A stretch of DNA of 38,492 nucleotides from Candidatus Atribacteria bacterium (GCA_016934875.1 JAFGSC010000277.1:1-38492), one strand, 5' to 3'; shown: positions 1 to 8,628, counted from the stretch's first letter. The notes: a model not told the origin generated them from the letters alone. Made by a program: numbers and translations.

Positions 1-44
1 CCTGACCCTTCCCTTATACAATACAGATATGCAAATACCCGTGT

Positions 45-130
45 GCCTTCCCTGTAGGGAAGGAAATGTAGCAGGGGGATGCGGATTGCTGAAAAGAGTT
101 TAACCACTAAGCACACAAAGCACACACAAA
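45..130. repeat. Direct repeat copy A (~85 nt): small stem-loop, then ...TGCGGATTGC..., then the start of a CACAAAG-type arm
   Basis: Hand alignment with 366-446: GCCTTCCCTGTAGGGAAGGAAATGTAGCAGGGGGATGCGGATTGC versus GCTTTCCCTGCAGGAAAGAAAATGGAGCAGAAGGCTGCGGATTGC. Stem CCTTCCCT/AGGGAAGG. Confidence 0.6.
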
Positions 131-187
131 GATAAAGATTGATCAGCCTGATCCCCTTTGTGTAACCTCCGTGTACCCTGTGGTAAA
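99..187. repeat. Imperfect hairpin element, CACAAAG type (two ~32-nt arms, ~22-nt spacer)
   Basis: Left arm is TTTAACCACTAAGCACACAAAGCACACACAAAG. Right arm is CCTTTGTGTAACCTCCGTGTACCCTGTGGTAAAA, an imperfect reverse complement. Same family as 8821-8907 and 10433-10519. Confidence 0.6.
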
Positions 188-365
188 AAATCAAGCTCCG
201 TTAGGAGCGAAAGTATGGTAGCATGAATCATGATTGATGCCAACAGCTCTGTAAGAGCGACAGAAAAATGTGAAGAAAGTTTTAAGTGTTAGGAAGCCTT
301 TCGGGGAAGACTAAAATCCTCACATTCCTCCTCTTGCCCCTTGCTCAAACTCCATACTGATTCTT

Positions 366-446
366 GCTTTCCCTGCAGGAAAGAAAATGGAGCAGAAGGC
401 TGCGGATTGCACCAAATACATTTTTACCACAAAGTACACAAATAGG
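366..446. repeat. Direct repeat copy B of 45-130
   Basis: See 45-130. Stem CTTTCC/GGAAAG, then TGCGGATTGC, then TTTTTACCACAAAGTACACAAA. Confidence 0.6.
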
Positions 447-539
447 TTATCAAAGCATGCGTTACGCTAACGCTAATTACGCGCTATTGGGGAGATTTAA
501 GCAAAGCAAGTGGTGAGTAATGATTGGAAGAGAAAACAA

Positions 540-573
540 GGATTATTTGCAGAATTTTTCCGGATTGTTCATT
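540..573 (-). repeat. Relic 3' end of a four-helix-bundle (23S rRNA IVS protein family) gene
   Basis: The minus strand reads ATGAACAATCCGGAAAAATTCTGCAAATAA = MNNPEKFCK*. The same tail ends the longer relic at 7030-7213. The core GGATTATTTGCAGAATTTTTC recurs at five sites, with three more diverged tail copies. Confidence 0.5.
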
Positions 574-686
574 ATAAAGATGAGAATATGGGATGATCTT
601 ATTATCGCATATTCTCCAATTCTCACAAATCATTTCTCATCTCTCACAACTCAACTTGGGTTAGTTGGTTCATAGTTCATTAATTT

Positions 687-1949
687 TCATTTTAGTAACC
701 ATTTCCAGCAAGGTATAATATTTATCTTGTATCCTTTATAATTAATTTCCTGTTCATCATCATTGGTAATAATTATGCCTTCTTTTATATTTAAATAATT
801 TAAAGCTTCAACCAAACCTTTAATTTCCCTTTCTCTGTTTAAATCGGAAAATTCAAAAGCAATCTGATATACTTCATAGCTTTGATTGTTTTTAACAATA
901 AAATCACAAGCATATTTCTCATTATAATAAAACAATTCACCATATTTTGATAGCTCATTAGCGACAAGGTTTTCTAATAGCCATCCTTTATTACCTGAAA
1001 ATTGAAAAGATATTTTTTGAAAAAAAGCATTATCTATTATATATATTTTTTTTTTATTTGCTAATTGTTTTTTTAGACTAAAATCAAATTTACCTACTTG
1101 TGTTATAAAAAATGTTTGTTCGAGGTAATGGATATAATTTTTTATTGTAACAGAACTTTCAATATCAGTAATGCGTGTTAATGTTCGATAGCTAAAAAGA
1201 TTACAAATATTTGAAATAAGATAATGATATAGCTCCCGCATTGGTTTAACCATTGTAATACCATATCTTATTGCTATATCTTTTAATATTATATCTTCAT
1301 AAATCCGGTATATTATTTCATCAACCTGAAAATTTAAATATTCAGGCATGCCCCCATTCATTAGATATATTTCAAATTCATTTTTTATTATGGCTTTACC
1401 TTTTGGAAGGTATAAACTTTCATTCGCAATATCTATTTCTTTAAACTTAAGATATTCATTAAAAGAAAAAGGATACAAGCTAATATCTACATGCCTGCCA
1501 GTTAATTTTGTTGATATTTCGCTGCTTAATAAATTCGCATTTGAGCCGGTTATAAAAAATTTATATCCTTCATCATTTAAACGCCTTACATAAGTTTCAA
1601 AGTTTTTATTTTGTTGTATCTCATCTAAAAAAATTGTTTTCTTTTCACCAAATAATTCCATCTGGGTTTCAAGAATTACAGAAAATGATTCAGCAGGAAA
1701 ATTAATTAATCGCTCATCCTCAAAATTAATATAGTAAAATTCAGTGTCATTATAGTATTTTTGAATAATTTGCCTAAGCAAAGTTGACTTACCACATCTT
1801 CTTAAGCCTTTTATTACAACTACATGCGGAATTGAAATTATACTACTTATTTGTTCAAGTGCGGTACGGGTTATACCTGGTTTTTTTAATAGTATACTTT
1901 GCCTTTGCTCAATAATAATTTGTTTCAGAAATTCCTTAGAAATATTCAT
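687..1949 (-). CDS. AAA+ ATPase, AAA_14/DUF4143-like (COG1373-type), function unknown
   Basis: 420-aa ORF. Walker A is GLRRCGKST and Walker B-like is IFLDEIQ. The C-terminal ...CDFIV...YQIAFEFSDLNREREIKGL is typical of this family. Confidence 0.8.
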   Translation of the reverse strand: MNISKEFLKQIIIEQRQSILLKKPGITRTALEQISSIISIPHVVVIKGLRRCGKSTLLRQIIQKYYNDTEFYYINFEDERLINFPAESFSVILETQMELFGEKKTIFLDEIQQNKNFETYVRRLNDEGYKFFITGSNANLLSSEISTKLTGRHVDISLYPFSFNEYLKFKEIDIANESLYLPKGKAIIKNEFEIYLMNGGMPEYLNFQVDEIIYRIYEDIILKDIAIRYGITMVKPMRELYHYLISNICNLFSYRTLTRITDIESSVTIKNYIHYLEQTFFITQVGKFDFSLKKQLANKKKIYIIDNAFFQKISFQFSGNKGWLLENLVANELSKYGELFYYNEKYACDFIVKNNQSYEVYQIAFEFSDLNREREIKGLVEALNYLNIKEGIIITNDDEQEINYKGYKINIIPCWKWLLK

Positions 1950-1968
1950 TTTGTTTTATTATAATAAA

Positions 1969-1976
1969 CAAAAATA
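1969..1976 (-). promoter_or_regulatory. Candidate Bacteroidota -7 box (TAnnTTTG)
   Basis: The minus strand reads TATTTTTG, about 20 nt upstream of the ATG at 1949. Confidence 0.35.
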
Positions 1977-2030
1977 CATAAATTGTTTAATCTAATTAAA
2001 CAAAATCTAATTTGTTTTAAAATAAGGGGA

Positions 2031-2130
2031 TAGATGAGTGGAAGAGAAAGAAGGATTATTTGCAGAATTTTTCCTTTGGGTTTTACCACAAAGCACACAA
2101 TGAAGCACAAAGATAATGATTGAACTAACC
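2031..2130. repeat. Composite repeat: GAGTGA-rich tract, four-helix-bundle tail motif and a solo CACAAAG arm
   Basis: GATGAGTGGAAGAGAAAGAAGGATTATTTGCAGAATTTTTC, then TTTTACCACAAAGCACACAATGAAGCACAAAG. It matches 8771-8850 and 10385-10465 in the same order. Confidence 0.6.
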
Positions 2131-2211
2131 CACCTACATCAAAATTACGGTGGACAAGCCTGGCTTTCCCGCCTTAAGCTTGACAAGCTCTTTAATAAGG
2201 GATTAAAACAA

Positions 2212-2243
2212 CCCCCCCGCCCCTCCCGCCAAAGGCGGGACAG
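2212..2243. repeat. GC-rich palindromic (REP-like) unit, diverged relative of the units inside fnlC
   Basis: CCCCCCCGCCCCTCCCGCCAAAGGCGGGACAG with stem CCCGCC/GGCGGG. The minus-strand peptide is CPAFGGRGGG, compared with CPPLAGAGGG in fnlC. Confidence 0.55.
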
Positions 2244-2350
2244 GCTTTTTTATAAGGGGGAATGCCAACTACCAGGATGAAGCATTTATTTTTACTATTA
2301 AAACAATAAGCTAAAATTAAATCCAAAGTTACTTTTACACACGAAAGTAT

Positions 2351-2507
2351 GAGGCTGTCTAAAAAGTCTTTTTCTAACATGATTTGTCATGTTGAACGAT
2401 AGTTAAACATCTCTTATTCAGATATATAGATTACTTCCTTCGGTCATGAGAAAAGGTTCTTCACTACCATTCAGAATGACAAGAAAAGCGACCTTTTAGA
2501 CAGCCTC
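2351..2507. repeat. Nested inverted-repeat element (~157 bp)
   Basis: Outer arms GAGGCTGTCTAAAAAG (2351-2366) and CTTTTAGACAGCCTC (2493-2507) are near-perfect complements. Inner arms 2386-2408 and 2455-2480 pair at about 16 of 23 positions. Confidence 0.6.
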
Positions 2508-2602
2508 TAGGGGGTTATACTTTTTAGGGAACGAAATGCAAGCAAGGTTTGCAGGCCATTTAAAATAGTTCACGATATTGTAAAAAACAAAAATCTAAAA
2601 AC

Positions 2603-2714
2603 CTCCCATTTTCTCACTCTCCCAATACTCATCTCTCACTTTCTCAATTTCCCTCTCACCCTCTCATATTCCCACTTTCTCACAATCCCATCTTCTCACC
2701 CTCTCCCCTCTCAC
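2603..2714. repeat. CTCAC/CTCTC low-complexity tract directly 3' of the DUF354 paralog
   Basis: Runs of TCTCAC, CTCTCAC and CCTCTC. A similar tract lies at 10787-10880 behind the other DUF354 gene. Its reverse complement, GAGTGA-rich tracts, occurs at about 490-530, 2031-2050, 6871-7020, 8745-8790 and 10355-10400. Confidence 0.55.
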
Positions 2715-3830
2715 CTAAAACTTTCCTGGTAATCGGGGTTTTCCCCTGTTCACTGAAGCCTTTGGCGAAGGTGAATTCATTTTCTCATAACTTCCGGGAT
2801 AATTTTCGATGAACCAGACGAGAAATTCAGTTACATTTATCGAATCCTCAAGCATGATTTTTCTTTTGGTTTTAGAATCTCCGATTACATTTTTATCGTC
2901 TGCCAGTGACAAAGCTTTTGAAACAGCCATTTCCTGACCTGCTTCAGAAAGGTCGAATTTGTATAGCAAACCATAGGTTTCTGAAAGCTCTTCCAGGTAA
3001 CCAAGCTGCATATGGGTAGCACACACCGACGGCACACCCAAAACTGCCGCCTCTGCAGCCATCGTAGGGCTTTCACCTATGAACAACGATGCAAAGGCCA
3101 GTGCATGGTGCATCTTTTCCGGTGGCAAAAAAGTACGGTAAGGCTGAAGCTCTTTAATTAAAGGTCCTTCTGAGGAAATATACACCTTTAGATTTTTTGA
3201 TAGTGTTCTAACCAACTTTATCTTATGCTTTTCTGAAAAGCCCGAATAACCTTTATCGTGTAAAGCATTAAAGGCAACAAACCTGATGATGCAATACGGT
3301 TCTTCAGGATTTAAGCCGTTTTCAGATACAATCTTTTTATCAGGTTGAAATACGGCAGGGTGCAGATACGCAAGCTCTTTGAAGCCTTTAAGACTTACCT
3401 GTGACAAAGAAAGCTTTTTTTGAAAACAGGAAGGGACAAGGATCGCGGAACTAAGGTTGCCGGTGATTTTGTGAATCCGGGTTGCTGCTTCGGTATCTGC
3501 GCAGGTAATGGTTTTTTTACGGCATAACCAGCCTGCCAGCACCGCATAAGGTGACTCAAAGCTGAGTATTAATTCTATCCTGTTCTTACGGATAATATTC
3601 AGCAGGATAAAGACTTTTTTGAAAATTCTGAAAACCGCTTTTACACGATTACCAGCCGGAGACCTGCCGGTTGATATAAAGGGAATGGAATATGCCTTAA
3701 GCAATACATGGGTAATATCTTTATCAGTGGCAGTTACAAAAATTTTGTGCCCTTTCTCTTTCAACTGAGCGATAACATGTTTGAATGCATGTGCATACGA
3801 AGGGTGGTTGATGTCGAAGAGTATGGTCAT
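2715..3830 (-). CDS. DUF354 family protein (GT-B-like), diverged paralog of 10898-11959; 3' end frame-shifted by a 31-nt insertion
   Basis: 371-aa ORF. The N-terminus ILFDINHPSYAHAFKHVIAQLKEKGHKIFVTATDKDIT matches the DUF354 pattern and the paralog FDVGHPGQVHQFKHVYWELEKIGWECIFVAKDKDIT. See the finding at 2748-2778. Confidence 0.75.
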   Translation of the reverse strand: MTILFDINHPSYAHAFKHVIAQLKEKGHKIFVTATDKDITHVLLKAYSIPFISTGRSPAGNRVKAVFRIFKKVFILLNIIRKNRIELILSFESPYAVLAGWLCRKKTITCADTEAATRIHKITGNLSSAILVPSCFQKKLSLSQVSLKGFKELAYLHPAVFQPDKKIVSENGLNPEEPYCIIRFVAFNALHDKGYSGFSEKHKIKLVRTLSKNLKVYISSEGPLIKELQPYRTFLPPEKMHHALAFASLFIGESPTMAAEAAVLGVPSVCATHMQLGYLEELSETYGLLYKFDLSEAGQEMAVSKALSLADDKNVIGDSKTKRKIMLEDSINVTEFLVWFIENYPGSYEKMNSPSPKASVNRGKPRLPGKF

Positions 3831-3901
3831 GATTTTGGGAAATATCTGAATAAAATGAGAGAAGGATATGGAGAAGTAAACAGTGAGTGAAAGGGTAAAG
3901 A

Positions 3902-3937
3902 AAATTATTTGAAGAATTTATCGGGATTTTTCATCAT
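3902..3937 (-). repeat. Relic 3' end of a four-helix-bundle gene
   Basis: The minus strand reads ATGATGAAAAATCCCGATAAATTCTTCAAATAA = MMKNPDKFFK*. Confidence 0.45.
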
Positions 3938-4025
3938 TAAGATTAATTGACCACAATTCAAAACCATCTCAACGGAGTAACTAAATATTTAACTATCAAT
4001 CTTTAAACGAAATTTAATTCAAATT

Positions 4026-5153
4026 TCATGTTAAATTTCGGCGGCACCAAAACTCGAAAAAAGGATCAATAAATTCGGGTTTTTTTTCGAAAAAATCAAT
4101 AATTTCCTTCATCTCAAGCGATTGTTTTAGTCGCTGCACATTTCCTGTTGTCCCGAGATTATATTTTTTTATTACTTCTTTAGATGTCAGCGCTATTTCT
4201 CCTGCTAATATCGCACGCAATAAATTTAATTGAAGGGAGGTAAGGTTTTCAATATCGCGGACATACATAATCCCATTGTAAAGAAATATTTCCTCTATTG
4301 CATTTTCAATTGTTTCATCATTCACTTCTTTATCGGTATTAATAAATACCTGATGTGCGAGTTGTTGTATATAATATGGTTGATTTTGTGCAATTTCGAT
4401 TATTTTCTTTATTAAATCAACCGAAATAATCCGGTCAGATTTTTCAAATGAAGTTTTAATATGGTCAATCCAATGTGATTCTTTTATTTTTGTCAGATAC
4501 AGCATATCGCCGAAACGATAAAACGGCAACGATTGGCTTTGAAAGAGCTCGTTTATTAAATGTCTTTTACTCCCGTAAAGGCAATAACTTACATTTGTAT
4601 GATATTGCCAAACCGAACGAAGTTTTTGCTGAAAAGATATTCCTTCTGATATTTGACTTATTTTTTGAAATTCATCTACACATATTACCATTCTTATTTG
4701 CTTTTTTAAAGCTACTTTTTCGGGAAGGTTCAAAATTTCAGCAAAAGGGACTTCATTATTTTGATATTCGAATTTTATTTTAAAATCATTTACCGGATCT
4801 ACCCCAAAAGAAATTATTGGAATAACCCCTTTTATAAAATTCTTTGCAATATTTGCCCATTCTTCAATTTTACCAGATGATTTTTTTATTACCCGGGTTG
4901 CCAATGCTTCATAAAACTCTTTTTCACTATTAATTGCAAACATATCTATAGAGCAGACTTTTATTTTCTTGTTTTGCTTTTCAGTAACTTCAGCTGCTTT
5001 CTTTACCAATGAACTTTTGCCCCATCTGCGGGGAGAAACAATCATGGTATTGAGCCCCGAAGCAAAATTTGATGATAACCTTTTCACTTCATCCGTCCGG
5101 TTAATAAAAAATGACCCCGAAACAATTTTGCCAAATGAAAATGGAGTTTCCAT
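4026..5153 (-). CDS. P-loop ATPase (Arch_ATPase/AAA-like ATP-binding protein), function unknown
   Basis: 375-aa ORF. Walker A is SPRRWGKSSLV and Walker B is MVICVDEFQKI. Confidence 0.75.
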   Translation of the reverse strand: METPFSFGKIVSGSFFINRTDEVKRLSSNFASGLNTMIVSPRRWGKSSLVKKAAEVTEKQNKKIKVCSIDMFAINSEKEFYEALATRVIKKSSGKIEEWANIAKNFIKGVIPIISFGVDPVNDFKIKFEYQNNEVPFAEILNLPEKVALKKQIRMVICVDEFQKISQISEGISFQQKLRSVWQYHTNVSYCLYGSKRHLINELFQSQSLPFYRFGDMLYLTKIKESHWIDHIKTSFEKSDRIISVDLIKKIIEIAQNQPYYIQQLAHQVFINTDKEVNDETIENAIEEIFLYNGIMYVRDIENLTSLQLNLLRAILAGEIALTSKEVIKKYNLGTTGNVQRLKQSLEMKEIIDFFEKKPEFIDPFFEFWCRRNLT

Positions 5154-5167
5154 AATATTTTATTCAA

Positions 5168-5185
5168 TTATGCATATTCGCATAA
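5168..5185. promoter_or_regulatory. Palindrome TTATGC-ATATTC-GCATAA between the candidate -7 box and the ATG; possible operator
   Basis: 6-bp arms are perfectly complementary. It lies 15 nt upstream of the ATG at 5153 and just downstream of the -7 box. Confidence 0.25.
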
Positions 5186-5187
5186 TG

Positions 5188-5195
5188 CAAATATA
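5188..5195 (-). promoter_or_regulatory. Candidate -7 box (TAnnTTTG)
   Basis: The minus strand reads TATATTTG, about 35 nt upstream of the ATG at 5153. Confidence 0.4.
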
Positions 5196-5627
5196 GATAA
5201 AATAGCAAAGAAGTCACAAAAATAATGAAATACAATACCCCGTATCGCCTAACACCTAAAGTCTTTCATTATCCTACCCGATACCTAGGCTGCTTTTTGC
5301 CTGGTAGCGGACTGCAACAAAAACAATTTCACCACAGGGCACACTAAAAGAGACAAAGCCTTCAGCATAATACCAAAAAATCTAAAATTATATAAACCAA
5401 CTGCCAGTTGACTTCTGCATATTGACAGGCATGCCTGTGATTTCTCCGTATAGCGCGCGTTTAACGCAGTGTAAAGCGTGCCTGATGTTGTTAACTTTGT
5501 TATATTAACTGCAACTGACTGAAATATATACAAATGAGTTGACAGAAAAGAAACTACCCGTCCGTTCAGGAGGGTAACCAACAAAAACCGGTCTATCTGT
5601 TATGTTGAAAAGGATAAATTTAGTGAT

Positions 5628-6788
5628 TTAATAACCCAAGTCAGCATTTAATAAATACTTCCAACCTGATATTTCGATACCATCTGATCTTTTTTGTTCA
5701 ATTTCACCGGCATATAATATTTTTCCCTGCTTCAGCCCTGATATTTTTTGCCAAAAATGCAATCCTTTGAAATATTCAGGCGTAATTGTTTTACCTGCCT
5801 TTATTTCAACCGGAATCAAACCTTCCGGTTTTTCAATGATGAGATCAACTTCATGGCCTGTATTATCTCTCCAGAAATAAAAATTTTGATTTATTCCCAG
5901 ATTATAACTCCTTTTTAAAAAATCACTTATTATGAAATTTTCGAACATACTACCCGCCAACGGGTGTAATTTTAATTGTTCAATGGTGTGTATGCCCAGT
6001 AAATTACATACTAAACCAGTATCGTAAAAATATATTTTTGGCATTTTAACAATCCGTTTGTTAAAATTTTTATAATGCGGTTGCAGCCTAAATATAATGA
6101 AACTGCTTTCCAGTATTCCAATCCATGATGCTATAGTTTTATTGTCAACACCTGTTTCTATGGCAAGACTATTCATATTTAATAACTGGCCTGTCCTGCC
6201 GGCACAAAGTTTTACAAACCGGTCAAAAACATTTAAATCTGAAATATTCTTTATTTGCCTGACATCTCTTCCAATATATGTCCGTATATAATTAGTTTGC
6301 CAGGTATATGGATCAACGGGCTGGTCGTAAATAGCAGGATAAAATCCTTTTATCATCAGATGATATAAATCCATTTCTGAAATATCAGAAATTTCTGAAA
6401 TTGAAAATGGAAGCAGGTATAAATAAGCAATTCTTCCGGCAAGACTTTGTGATATATTTTCCTGCAGCAGAAAATTGTTTGAACCGGTAATAATAAATCT
6501 CCCCGGGGTATTCACTTCATCAAGTACCTGCTGTATATAGGAAAAAATTTCAGGTACCCTTTGGGCTTCATCAATTATTGCCCCATTTGAATATTGTGCC
6601 AGAAACCCTCTTGGATCATCGATTGCAAATCTTCTGGAATCGGGATTTTCAAGATTTACATACGACAGATTCCGGAAAACATGCCTGGCAAGAGTGGTTT
6701 TCCCAGATTGACGAGGCCCAACTAATGCGACAGCTTTAAATTGCTTTGATAAACTTATTAATCTTTTTTCAGCTTCTCTTTTTATCAT
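5628..6788 (-). CDS. AAA+ ATPase, AAA_14/DUF4143-like, with a C-terminal PD-(D/E)xK-like motif
   Basis: 386-aa ORF. Walker A is GPRQSGKTT and Walker B-like is AIIDEAQ. The C-terminus is GHEVDLIIEK...PVEIKAGKT (D...E-x-K). Confidence 0.8.
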   Translation of the reverse strand: MIKREAEKRLISLSKQFKAVALVGPRQSGKTTLARHVFRNLSYVNLENPDSRRFAIDDPRGFLAQYSNGAIIDEAQRVPEIFSYIQQVLDEVNTPGRFIITGSNNFLLQENISQSLAGRIAYLYLLPFSISEISDISEMDLYHLMIKGFYPAIYDQPVDPYTWQTNYIRTYIGRDVRQIKNISDLNVFDRFVKLCAGRTGQLLNMNSLAIETGVDNKTIASWIGILESSFIIFRLQPHYKNFNKRIVKMPKIYFYDTGLVCNLLGIHTIEQLKLHPLAGSMFENFIISDFLKRSYNLGINQNFYFWRDNTGHEVDLIIEKPEGLIPVEIKAGKTITPEYFKGLHFWQKISGLKQGKILYAGEIEQKRSDGIEISGWKYLLNADLGY

Positions 6789-6870
6789 AAAGCAAATTTA
6801 CAATAATGGAATTAGATTCCAAAATTGTAATAGATTTAAACCTTTATTGCTTATTTGCGCCAGAAACTGA

Positions 6871-7054
6871 AGGGTGATAGGTGGGTAGTGAGCAATGAGA
6901 GGTGAGTGTTGAAGAAAAAGAAGGAATTTATCCGGATTGTTCATTTTGAAGATGGGAAAAGGGGAAGATGAGCGATGAGCGGTGAGTAGTGAGTGATAAG
7001 AGTTGAGTGGAAGTGTAAGAAGGGTTTGCAGAATTTATCCAGATTGTTCATTAT
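6871..7054. repeat. Two tandem units of GAGTGA-rich tract plus four-helix-bundle tail motif
   Basis: Unit 1 ends ...GGAATTTATCCGGATTGTTCATTTTGAAGATGG (6923-6955). Unit 2 ends ...GGGTTTGCAGAATTTATCCAGATTGTTCATTATGG (7022-7056). Confidence 0.6.
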
Positions 7055-7213
7055 GGAAATAAGCATTTTACGGACTTCATTGTATTCGTTCACTATTTCT
7101 TCATACGTATTGATATCCAAATAATTACAATTTTTTGAATAATCCAGCCAAACCTCTGTTTCGTATTCTTCACCAAGGGCATCGCTAAGTTTGCTTACAA
7201 AAGATTTAATACC
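7030..7213 (-). pseudogene. C-terminal fragment (~60 codons) of a four-helix-bundle protein gene (23S rRNA intervening sequence protein family, PF05635-like)
   Basis: The minus-strand frame reads GIKSFVSKLSDALGEEYETEVWLDYSKNCNYLDINTYEEIVNEYNEVRKMLISIMNNLDKFCK. The E-x-E-T-x-x-WL and KML motifs are typical of the family. There is no N-terminal half and no start codon. It begins right after the stop of the upstream gene. Confidence 0.6.
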
Positions 7214-7227
7214 TTAAAAAGATGCAT

Positions 7228-8610
7228 TTATTTTACATCACCGGATGAATTAATCACCTGCTCAGGAGTAAAAACAATAATATCATTTTTAATTTTTGTT
7301 GGTAATTCTTTTAAAAATAATACTTTATGAACTTTTTTTACTTTTCCTGATACCTGAAAGCCTTCAACTTTTTTCTCTAAATTCTGGATCAAAGCATTTA
7401 CATTAATGTTAGATGACCATTTAGCCTCTGCAATTATCAGTTCTGTTCCATCATTTGATGAAGCAATTATATCAATTTCTGATTGCTGTTTGTGGATATT
7501 CGTTCCCCAGCATCTTTTACCCGGATTAAATAGTTTTTCAGGAAATAAAAATGGAATGGAATTCCGGCACAACTCTTCCCAATTTGAACCATAATGCATG
7601 GGAAGCTGTGGAGCGACAATCTCTTCAAAAATCCGGCTTCCAATACCAATCTCAATTGCTGACTTATTTGGTACAACAAATTTGTAATAGAAACTTATAA
7701 AAGGATCGTTTATTTTGTATAATGTTTTCTTAGCGTTTTTATCGTTAAGGCCAAAAGGGATTTCTCTTTTTAAATACCCTAATTCTATTAACTTGTTTAA
7801 CGGGCGGTTTAAATGTGTTGATGGTTTAGCAATTCTTGATGCAACTTCTGATAAGCGGTTTGCCCCTGAAGCTATAATAGAAATTATGGTTGACATCTGG
7901 ACAATATCATTCGTATCATCAAGAAATAAACGGAAAGGCTCTTCATATAATAATCCATTTACATCGAACAGTTGATTTATTACAGCCTCTTTAAGCGATT
8001 GCTCTTTTTCCCGTATTTCCCAGTAGCGCGGAACGCCACCCCATACGCTAAACTCTTCAACAGCTTCAATATATGAACATTGCAGGGCTTCTTTAATCCA
8101 AAAAATATTCATCGGGCCAATTTTCAATATTATATCAGCCCTACCATAAAGAGGCGCAGTATAATCCATAACCAGTTTATGCATCATTTGTTGCGATGAT
8201 CCGCATACAACCAAATGATATTTTAGATTATCGCGCGAATCAAATATTTTCTGAAACAAGCTCGGCAACTCAGGTGCATTTTTTACCAGGTAAGGAAACT
8301 CATCAATGATTAAAACAAACTTTTCATCAGAATGCTGGTTTAGCATATAAAATACACTTTCCCAATCGGGGTATTTTACAGAATCAAAACCCGAAAACCG
8401 CGATGAAAGGGTTTTTACAAAACTTTCAATTTGCATGGTTTTTTCGCGCTGGTCGGCAACAAAATAAAGGGTTTTATTTCCTTTTATTTGCTGTAGCAGC
8501 CTGGTTTTCCCAAGCCTCCTCCTGCCATAAACAACAATAAGCCTTGCTTCATCAAAAGAAAGCGATTTGTTAATTCCTGCTATTTCTTTTTTCCTGTTTA
8601 AGAATTTCAT
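7228..8610 (-). CDS. ATPase with DUF234-like C-terminal nuclease-fold domain (Arch_ATPase + DUF234 architecture)
   Basis: 460-aa ORF. Walker A is GRRRLGKTRLL and Walker B is LIIDEFPYL. The C-terminus is SEIDIIASSNDGTELIIAEAKWS (D...E-A-K). Confidence 0.8.
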   Translation of the reverse strand: MKFLNRKKEIAGINKSLSFDEARLIVVYGRRRLGKTRLLQQIKGNKTLYFVADQREKTMQIESFVKTLSSRFSGFDSVKYPDWESVFYMLNQHSDEKFVLIIDEFPYLVKNAPELPSLFQKIFDSRDNLKYHLVVCGSSQQMMHKLVMDYTAPLYGRADIILKIGPMNIFWIKEALQCSYIEAVEEFSVWGGVPRYWEIREKEQSLKEAVINQLFDVNGLLYEEPFRLFLDDTNDIVQMSTIISIIASGANRLSEVASRIAKPSTHLNRPLNKLIELGYLKREIPFGLNDKNAKKTLYKINDPFISFYYKFVVPNKSAIEIGIGSRIFEEIVAPQLPMHYGSNWEELCRNSIPFLFPEKLFNPGKRCWGTNIHKQQSEIDIIASSNDGTELIIAEAKWSSNINVNALIQNLEKKVEGFQVSGKVKKVHKVLFLKELPTKIKNDIIVFTPEQVINSSGDVK

Positions 8611-8628
8611 TTAATTTATCATGTTTTG

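Noticed and set aside
2192-2380. 62-aa ORF (minus strand).
   Set aside because: It is composed of the GC-rich palindromic unit (peptide ...CPAFGGRGGG...) and one arm of the nested inverted repeat. It is a repeat-derived open frame and not a gene.
2520-2600. Possible heavily decayed N-terminal relic of another four-helix-bundle gene (minus-strand frame ...YNIVNYFKWPANLACISFPKKYNPL).
   Set aside because: Only a weak FPK-type resemblance, interrupted by stops in all frames. It is too degenerate to call without an HMM search.
5285-5584. 99-aa ORF (minus strand).
   Set aside because: It has no recognisable motif. It lies in a repeat- and palindrome-containing gap and has no promoter box or packing consistent with the neighbouring genes. 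It is treated as non-coding, although the interval itself is flagged as unexplained.
6793-6800. TAAATTTG (minus strand) as a -7 promoter box for the 5628-6788 ATPase.
   Set aside because: It lies only 4 nt upstream of the ATG, which would require a leaderless transcript. This is possible but not supportable from sequence alone, so it is not listed as a feature.
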